IMG/VR virus record: IMGVR_UViG_3300021469_000002
Span: 15,772 to 79,771 of that record
DNA: 64,000 nt
Source of the DNA: a virus
Strand: one strand, 5' to 3'
Shown piece by piece: positions 57,758-64,000 of the stretch. Position 1 is the stretch's first letter; every line of letters begins with the position of its first letter. Both the position numbers and the translations under genes were made by a program. The notes beneath the pieces were generated by a model. It searched no databases and was not told the origin of the DNA. It saw only the letters and a list, made by a program, of their open reading frames with translations.

Positions 57758-59792
57758 TAAAGAACTATATAAATCAAAAGTAGGAGAGGATTTATTAAAA
57801 GCAATCAAAGAAGTAGGGGGATTGAAAGTAGATGGTACAACAGAGATAATGACAAGACAAGGCTGGTATCCGATTGATTACATTAGAAACCTTGAAAAGG
57901 AAATTAAGCAAAAACACGAAGAGATGTTATATCCAACAGTCAGGGTGAGAACAGAGAAAGCGGGAGGTTCAGGTTCAGTTGTATATTCAGACAAAGTGGA
58001 CGATGGCACATACAGGACTTATGTCTTGACAAACTATCATGTGATAGACGACAATGTCAAAGTGGAAAAGAAATGGGACCCGAAAGTGGGCATGGACATC
58101 AAGAAAGAAGTGAGAACGCCGGCGAGTGTGGAGTTTTTTTATTATGAAAATTATTCGAGATGCAAGGGAGTTTCGGGCAGTTACAAAGGGAACATCAAGG
58201 CATACAACGCAGACATGGATGTGGCTTTATTGGAATTGGACAAGTTCGAAGAGCCTGTGAAATACAAAGCCAAATTGATTCCGAAGGAAGACATAGACGA
58301 CATAAAAGTATTCGACGAAGTGTATGCCGTGGGAGCGAGTTTGGGGCACGAGCCGATAGCGACCAAAGGGCACATCACATTCATGGACGAGATAATTGAC
58401 GATTACTCTTACTGGATGTCTACGGCACAAACGATTTTTGGGAATTGTTTAACAGGAGATAGTTTAGTAATGACCAACCCTGAAGGTCCAGTGCCGATAA
58501 GTGAAATAACACCAAACACAAATGTATTTTCTCTTGGAGAAAATGGGATAGAGAAACATAAAGTATTAAAAGTTATAAAAGCAGGAGTAAAACAAGTGTT
58601 TGAATTAAAGACAACAACAAGAAAAATAAAAGCATCAGCGAATCATCCGTTTCTTGTAGCAGTAAAATCAAAAGATAGCAAAACAATAAATCAGTTCGGT
58701 GGTAAAAACATATACGAACTTGTTTGGAAGCAACTAAAAGATATAAAAGTAGGGGATGCAATAGTCACTTTAACTAAATTACCTGAAAGCAAAAGAAAAT
58801 TAGCAAAAGAAATTGTCCGATTAATTGGTTGTTTTATCGGCGATGGTTACTTGAGAATTAGGGACAATCCACCAAAACAATCTTACGAGTTATGTTTGTG
58901 TTTGTTTAAACAAGAACACATAAACAAATACTCAGAAATAATAGAAAAACTATTTGGCAAAAGACCAGTAATTGATAACAGAGGAATACATTTGTATGAC
59001 AAAGAGGCAGTGATGTTTTTAGATAGTTTAGGAATAAATAAAAAAGCCACAGAAAAAACAATACCTGCTTGGATTTGGTCACTAAACGATGATTTAAAGA
59101 AAGAATTTATAAAAGGAGTTCTCGATAGCAATGGATATGTGAACGAACAAAATGCTTGGGTATTTGAATTCAATAACGAAGAATTAACTAAACAATTAAG
59201 AATGCTTTGTATAAGCGTTGGATATAGAGTTAGCAATCTACATAAAAGAATGAGAAAATCGGTTACGATAAATGGCAAACATACGAAACCAACAAGGGAA
59301 TCAGTGTCATTTCAGGTATACCCAAACACAGTGAAAAAATATAAAAGAGTTGAAGGTTTATGGGGTATAGAAAGATTAAATTTATTCGATGGAATCGGTT
59401 TGGAAAGAGTATCAAAAATAACACCAATCGGCGAAGAGGAAACATTTGATATACAAGTAGAAGGAGCACATAATTTCTTTGCAAACGGTATATTAGTTCA
59501 CAATTCTGGTGGAGCAGTATACAGGAAAAGTGTTAAAAACAAAAGATACGAATTTATAGGAATTCCAAGTCGGATAGCGGTTTCAGGATTAGGGTTCAGT
59601 CAAAGCCCGATAACACATATGGGCTGGTTCATTCCGATTACATCAATTTACAAATTTATAGATGACAATTTCTACGAGTTCATTTACAACAAAGATGTGA
59701 AGTTCAGTGAGTGCGAGGAAAGAAGGGAACAAATGAAGAAAGAGATGAGAAAGTTGATAATGGCGAAGTTCGGTGAAGTGCAGGGAGATTAA
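57750..59792 (+). CDS. Trypsin-like serine protease interrupted by an intein
   Basis: GSG, LTNYHV (His), DVALL (Asp), GN|intein|SGG (Ser). Confidence 0.88.
   Translation: MSDKELYKSKVGEDLLKAIKEVGGLKVDGTTEIMTRQGWYPIDYIRNLEKEIKQKHEEMLYPTVRVRTEKAGGSGSVVYSDKVDDGTYRTYVLTNYHVIDDNVKVEKKWDPKVGMDIKKEVRTPASVEFFYYENYSRCKGVSGSYKGNIKAYNADMDVALLELDKFEEPVKYKAKLIPKEDIDDIKVFDEVYAVGASLGHEPIATKGHITFMDEIIDDYSYWMSTAQTIFGNCLTGDSLVMTNPEGPVPISEITPNTNVFSLGENGIEKHKVLKVIKAGVKQVFELKTTTRKIKASANHPFLVAVKSKDSKTINQFGGKNIYELVWKQLKDIKVGDAIVTLTKLPESKRKLAKEIVRLIGCFIGDGYLRIRDNPPKQSYELCLCLFKQEHINKYSEIIEKLFGKRPVIDNRGIHLYDKEAVMFLDSLGINKKATEKTIPAWIWSLNDDLKKEFIKGVLDSNGYVNEQNAWVFEFNNEELTKQLRMLCISVGYRVSNLHKRMRKSVTINGKHTKPTRESVSFQVYPNTVKKYKRVEGLWGIERLNLFDGIGLERVSKITPIGEEETFDIQVEGAHNFFANGILVHNSGGAVYRKSVKNKRYEFIGIPSRIAVSGLGFSQSPITHMGWFIPITSIYKFIDDNFYEFIYNKDVKFSECEERREQMKKEMRKLIMAKFGEVQGD
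58446..59504 (+). mobile_element. Intein with LAGLIDADG domain (353 aa)
   Basis: GN|CLTGDS ... NHPFL ... GCFIGDG ... GVLDSNG ... HNFFANGILVHN|S. Confidence 0.95.
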
Positions 59793-59844
59793 CCTTTACT
59801 TTTTTTAATTTTGATTAGAAAATATTACTGAGGAGGTTTTAATT

Positions 59845-60597
59845 ATGGGAAAAAAGAAAAAAAGAAAAATCTTAAAAGCTGATTATTTTAAAACTTTTCC
59901 AATTTCTATCGATGAAAAAATTGGTATTTTAGCCGATACTCATTTTGGTTCAATCTATGCTGCGAGGGAGCATCTAAACGATTTCTACAAGGAGTTGTAT
60001 TCGGAAGGAGTGAAGCAGTTCTTCCACGCAGGAGATTTAACGGACGGAGAGATTTACAAGGGGCAGGTAGCGGAACAGGATGCGATAGGGTTTGACTCGC
60101 AAAAAGAGTTAGTGGTGAAGGAATATCCGAGAATTAAAAGTTCTAAAACTTATTTCATAACGGGAAACCACGATTTGAGTTATTTGAAAACAGCTGGAGC
60201 AGATATTGGAGAAGCGATTGAAAAGGATAGAAGCGATATGATTTATTTAGGAAGGGAATATTGTAAAATAAGAGATTTAGATAAAGAAATGGATATGGAT
60301 TTAGTTCATTTAAAAAGAGGTTTGGCTTATGCAATGTCTTATCCCTTACAAAAATATATGCGAGATCAACCAAATATAAGAAAACCAGATATTTTAATTG
60401 CGGGGCATAGACATAGAAGCTGGTATGGATTAATTGGAGATACTCATAGTTTTGAGGCGGGAAATTTTCAATATCCTACACCTTATTGCATTAGGAGAGG
60501 AGAGGGTAACAGGATAGCGGGATGGATGGTAAATATTAAGAAAACAAAAAGAAAAACAAAATTGAAAATAGAATTAATTGATTATGGTTGGGGGTGA
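59845..60597 (+). CDS. Calcineurin-like metallophosphoesterase
   Basis: DTHFG, GDLTDG, GNHD, GHRH. Confidence 0.88.
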   Translation: MGKKKKRKILKADYFKTFPISIDEKIGILADTHFGSIYAAREHLNDFYKELYSEGVKQFFHAGDLTDGEIYKGQVAEQDAIGFDSQKELVVKEYPRIKSSKTYFITGNHDLSYLKTAGADIGEAIEKDRSDMIYLGREYCKIRDLDKEMDMDLVHLKRGLAYAMSYPLQKYMRDQPNIRKPDILIAGHRHRSWYGLIGDTHSFEAGNFQYPTPYCIRRGEGNRIAGWMVNIKKTKRKTKLKIELIDYGWG

Positions 60598-60693
60598 ACA
60601 AAGGGGCTTTCCTACCTAAAGGATATCTTAACCCACAGTTTAAAGATAAAATTTAAAAATGGTGATTTTTTGTTATTTTTTTTTAAAATTTAT

Positions 60694-60710
60694 CGAAAAA
60701 TTTATAAATA
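60694..60710 (+). promoter_or_regulatory. Archaeal BRE-TATA promoter
   Basis: CGAAAAATTTATAAATA about 20 nt before ATG 60732. Confidence 0.6.
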
Positions 60711-60731
60711 TTTGATTTTTTAACTAAAAAT

Positions 60732-61088
60732 ATGAGAATTTATTTTGCTCATCCACATAAAGAAAAGCGACAAGGGAAGAGATTTATCAAAATGTTAAGA
60801 AATATGGGATTAAATGTTATAAATCCTTTTGAGCGAGATAAAAATTTAAATTATAAAACAATTGTAAGAAGGGATTTAAGATTAATTAAAAAAAGTGATA
60901 TACTTATTGCTTATTTACCTTATCCAAGCATAGGGACATCTATGGAAATAATTTTTGCTAAAATGAATAATTTAACTGTTTATATAATAGCAGGAAAAGA
61001 AATAATTAAACATCCGTGGTTATTATATTATGGAGACAAAATTTTTAGAAATTTTGAAGAATTAATTCACTATTTAAAACCTAAATAA
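60732..61088 (+). CDS. Nucleoside 2-deoxyribosyltransferase-like protein
   Basis: IYFAHP, INPF, DL..I..SD, GTSMEI. Confidence 0.8.
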   Translation: MRIYFAHPHKEKRQGKRFIKMLRNMGLNVINPFERDKNLNYKTIVRRDLRLIKKSDILIAYLPYPSIGTSMEIIFAKMNNLTVYIIAGKEIIKHPWLLYYGDKIFRNFEELIHYLKPK

Positions 61089-61134
61089 ATTATGGTATAT
61101 ATACCATAATATTATGGTAGAATTACCATAAAAT

Positions 61135-61452
61135 TTGAGAGGTGATTGCATGTCAGTCATTTGCGTTTACAAAAGTGCAAAAAAGAGGAACCAGGTTTAC
61201 AAGCTCCTGCTAGAGCAAAACGACTACATAGAAGGGTTCGAGGCGGAGAGGTTCAATTTAGGCAGGAGGTATTACATCTCATTCAAGCACCCACAGATTA
61301 AGAGAATATTGGAAGCGATAGTAGGAGCGGAAGAACAAAATGTAGAATTATATATGAGCAACATGCCAGATATGGACAAAACCATAATATTCAGGGACAG
61401 TTTCCTTATGACAGAAGTTAAAGGCAAAGAATTAAGAAGATATAAAGATTAA
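61135..61452 (+). CDS. Hypothetical protein
   Basis: GAGGTGA RBS before ATG 61150. Confidence 0.5.
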   Translation: MRGDCMSVICVYKSAKKRNQVYKLLLEQNDYIEGFEAERFNLGRRYYISFKHPQIKRILEAIVGAEEQNVELYMSNMPDMDKTIIFRDSFLMTEVKGKELRRYKD

Positions 61453-61462
61453 GGAGGATAAA

Positions 61463-61621
61463 ATGGTTTTAGCATCAATAATGTCTTTTATAACAGGCCT
61501 GGTATTAGGTATGGTTTTTTCTTTTTTGAATCTACCTATTCCAGCGCCATCAAAAATAGAAGGGGTAATAGCAATATTTGGAATTTTCTTAGGTTATTTA
61601 ATAGCAAAAATGATCAAATGA
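61463..61621 (+). CDS. XapX/DUF1427-like small membrane protein (not in ORF track)
   Basis: GLVLGMVFSFLNLPIPAP...GVIAIFGIFLG; AGGAGG RBS. Confidence 0.7.
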   Translation: MVLASIMSFITGLVLGMVFSFLNLPIPAPSKIEGVIAIFGIFLGYLIAKMIK

Positions 61622-61806
61622 AAACAAAAGCATTAAAGAAAGTAATTAGTTATAAAACCATAGACATACTTTTACATCTTATAATATTTTATATATTTAC
61701 AAGGAATATCTTAATAACTGGTGCTATGGAAATAACAATCAAATAAGCTGCACATTGTGGTATTATATTCATGAAAAAATTTATAGAAAAATCTGGAGGT
61801 ATATAA
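61618..61806 (+). pseudogene. DUF2061-like membrane protein, frameshifted
   Basis: KKVISYK...FYIFT then WYYIHEKI in another frame. Confidence 0.45.
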
Positions 61807-62184
61807 ATGGAAGAAATAATAAATAAGTTAGAAAAATTAATTAAAGATTTAAAAAATGGAAAATATTATGGGCATCCAGGATTTTATAAAATAATATTGG
61901 AAGAATTGGAACTTCATTCAAATAAAAATAAACAATATGCAACACAGGACGATCCCTTAGCAAATTTTAAAAGAACAGGGCGGTTAATTAAAAAGTTACT
62001 AAAACCAAACATAAATCCAGCATTAGCTAGTGCAATGATTTTAATGTCAAAACAAGTTGATGCTGTATATGAAATGGTGGGAGAAGGTAAAAAAGATACG
62101 GTAGAAGAATTAGAAGATAAATTTAAGGACATAAGTATCTATGCAAATTTGTGTATAATATTATTAAGAGAGATAAAAAAGTGA
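61807..62184 (+). CDS. Nucleotide-modification-associated (DUF1599/MazG-like) protein
   Basis: KNKQYA..DDPLANF...EDKFKDISIYA. Confidence 0.7.
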   Translation: MEEIINKLEKLIKDLKNGKYYGHPGFYKIILEELELHSNKNKQYATQDDPLANFKRTGRLIKKLLKPNINPALASAMILMSKQVDAVYEMVGEGKKDTVEELEDKFKDISIYANLCIILLREIKK

Positions 62185-62444
62185 TGTTTTTAACCATTTT
62201 TTCATGTTGTAAGCTATATTATTTGGCCTCAAAATATGCTAAAAATATATTTTTTACTTAAATTTACAGAAGATTTAACTAGGAATTATATCTTTATAGA
62301 ATTATGCTCTAAAATTCATCGAAAATCTTTAAAAAACAAAAGGTTAAAATATATTGTGAGAATATGAAATGTTGGAATTGTGGTGTGGAATCTGGGAATT
62401 ATCCTTGGTGTAGTAAAACTTGTATGAAAGAATGGTTGAATAAA

Positions 62445-63692
62445 TCAACTACCCCTTCCTAAAGGAAGGGGCTTGCAGGTGAATCATGATGCTCAAGAGT
62501 CATGGCATTTATCCCTACATTAGGCTGGTTGACAGCACCCCATTCCATCCGAGCCAGCTCGGAACGGAATTTGTTAGCGATATTAATAGCTCCAACCATA
62601 TCAGCATTATGTTGGAAACCACACTTAACACACCTAAACAAACTTTGAGTTCTTCTATTCCTCTTATCTATATAACCACATCTTGGACAAGTTATGCTTG
62701 TATTTTTGGCATTAATGTAAACTACAGGGATTCCTCTTTCCAAAGCTTTGTATTCAATATATTGTTGAAGCTTTCTAAAAGCCCAAGAATGCAAAATCCA
62801 TTTTTGCTCTTTTCTAACTTTAACCTTATTCCTTATTCCGTTAAGTTCTTCCATAACAACAGCATCACCTTCTTTAAGGGTATTAACGAACTCCCTACTG
62901 ATTTGGTGAAGAATTGTGTTAATCCATCTCTTTTCTTTACCAGAAATTTGTTTAAGTTTCCTATAAGCAGACCAAGTTCTCTTCTTTTGAAGTTCTTGCC
63001 TAAATTTTCTAAAGTGTTCTCTTCTCTTAACAATACTTCCACCCTTAACTTTAAAGCCATTAGAAGTAACGAGCAAATGTTTAATCCCGATATCTACACC
63101 AACAGGATTACTACCTTTTGGTTCAGGAATTTCCTTATCAATAGCTATGTGCAAACTAAAAGTTTTATTTCTATAATGCAAAGTAGCATAAGTAGGTTTA
63201 ACATTCTCAAGATATTGTTTTTGATAATCTCCAATATCGAATTCGCATTTAATTCTTCCTTTAATAGTAGCTATGCTTACGAAAAACTTATCATCTTTTC
63301 TCTTTATAGAAAACAACCTATCATCCAAATCCATAGAGAGAGATTCAAATTTGTGAAGTTTGTGTTTATTCGTTTTATAGGATTTTGCAACTCTATCTCT
63401 TGCCTCGATACAAAGGTTAGAAGGAAGTTTGAGCATTTTTCTAACCTTTCTATAAGTCAAGTGGTGCAAGGCAACAGGATTAAAACACTTTTGCTCCCAA
63501 GCAACTTTGGAGATATAATTACAAGCTTCTTTAAACAATTCCATAGTTTTGAGCAAGGTTTCCTTATCAGCTTTACTAACTTTAAGTTTGCATACAATTG
63601 TTTTGGTAATTTCCATAATTACATATATGTAGAAAAACTATTTAAATATTTACCTCAATTCCTCCCCTCCCTGAAGGAAGGGGTCTCCTTGA
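62445..63692 (-). mobile_element. IS200/IS605-family element (tnpB only)
   Basis: Terminal hairpins CCCCTTCCT/AGGAAGGGG (62452-62471) and CCCCTCCC/GGAAGGGG (63664-63683); removal restores a small ORF. Confidence 0.8.
62459..63616 (-). CDS. tnpB: TnpB RNA-guided nuclease (canonical RuvC)
   Basis: VGVDIG, VVMEEL, NTSITCPRCG, FRCVKCG, NADMVGAINI. Confidence 0.93.
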   Translation of the reverse strand: MEITKTIVCKLKVSKADKETLLKTMELFKEACNYISKVAWEQKCFNPVALHHLTYRKVRKMLKLPSNLCIEARDRVAKSYKTNKHKLHKFESLSMDLDDRLFSIKRKDDKFFVSIATIKGRIKCEFDIGDYQKQYLENVKPTYATLHYRNKTFSLHIAIDKEIPEPKGSNPVGVDIGIKHLLVTSNGFKVKGGSIVKRREHFRKFRQELQKKRTWSAYRKLKQISGKEKRWINTILHQISREFVNTLKEGDAVVMEELNGIRNKVKVRKEQKWILHSWAFRKLQQYIEYKALERGIPVVYINAKNTSITCPRCGYIDKRNRRTQSLFRCVKCGFQHNADMVGAINIANKFRSELARMEWGAVNQPNVGINAMTLEHHDSPASPFL

Positions 63693-63703
63693 GGTGGTGA
63701 ATA

Positions 63704-63847
63704 ATGAAAACCAAAAAAGAAATCAAAGAAAGAATTGAAAAAATAAAAGAAGAATTAACAGAGAGTTGGCTAGATTATTCGCCTATACTCAAATATGGGT
63801 TGGAAGGCGAGTTAAGAGCATTAAAATGGGTATTGTGTGAAGAATAG
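63704..63847 (+). CDS. Small hypothetical protein (47 aa)
   Basis: GGTGGTGA RBS; MKTKKEIKERIEKIKE...ALKWVL. Confidence 0.55.
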   Translation: MKTKKEIKERIEKIKEELTESWLDYSPILKYGLEGELRALKWVLCEE

Positions 63848-63852
63848 TTTCT

Positions 63853-64000
63853 GTTTCGCGAAACGCGAAACGCGAAAAAAAAGCTATTTGTATAGGAAAA
63901 TTAAAAATATATATCAAATGTATTGGATAAACTTGGAACATTATACATTTGTATAAGAAAATTAAAAATATATATCAAATTTTTCAAAAATCCTATACAA
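63853..64000. repeat. Repeat cluster: (CGCGAAA)x3, 34-bp direct repeat, inverted copy
   Basis: 63886-63919 vs 63947-63980 differ by one base; TCCTATACAA (63991-64000) is the reverse complement of 63888-63897. Confidence 0.85.

Noticed and set aside
62486-63700. 404-aa plus-strand ORF
   Set aside because: Fully antisense to a clear tnpB, with no motifs; a shadow ORF
63991-64000. Window end joining window start as a circle (the inverted repeat continues 3 nt into position 1)
   Set aside because: Three AT-rich bases are weak evidence and the window is a fixed-size cut

Overview
The window is most of an AT-rich head-tail (Caudoviricetes, siphovirus-like) virus genome. The host is very probably archaeal: GAGGTG/GGTGA ribosome-binding sites, BRE-TATA promoters, leaderless genes, an archaeal-type RNase HII, an AEP primase-helicase and two inteins all point that way. 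Layout: glycan-modification cluster (28-4903, +); early/repair block with RNase HII, AAA ATPase, ATP-dependent DNA ligase and Ku (4896-13199, -); packaging/head/tail block (13312-51076, +); replication block (51123-56956, -); accessory block (57040-end, +). Two IS200/IS605 tnpB elements are inserted. The most striking candidate system is a virus-encoded DNA end-joining toolkit. It consists of Ku plus a stand-alone ligase, and a 1606-aa protein between the portal and prohead protease that joins MBL hydrolase, ASCH-like, Pol-beta-like nucleotidyltransferase, ATP-dependent DNA ligase and an intein-split LigD-type 3'-phosphoesterase domains. Other notable items: a trypsin-like protease whose catalytic Ser is the intein +1 residue; a multi-stem structured element after the capsid gene sharing a CA-ATRCAA-TG hairpin with two other sites; a WbdD-like methyltransferase-kinase in the glycosyltransferase cluster; and two giant membrane-anchored surface-type proteins inside the virion operon. 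All family assignments are from motif recognition by eye; no searches were run. No DNA polymerase, integrase, tRNA or CRISPR array was recognised.
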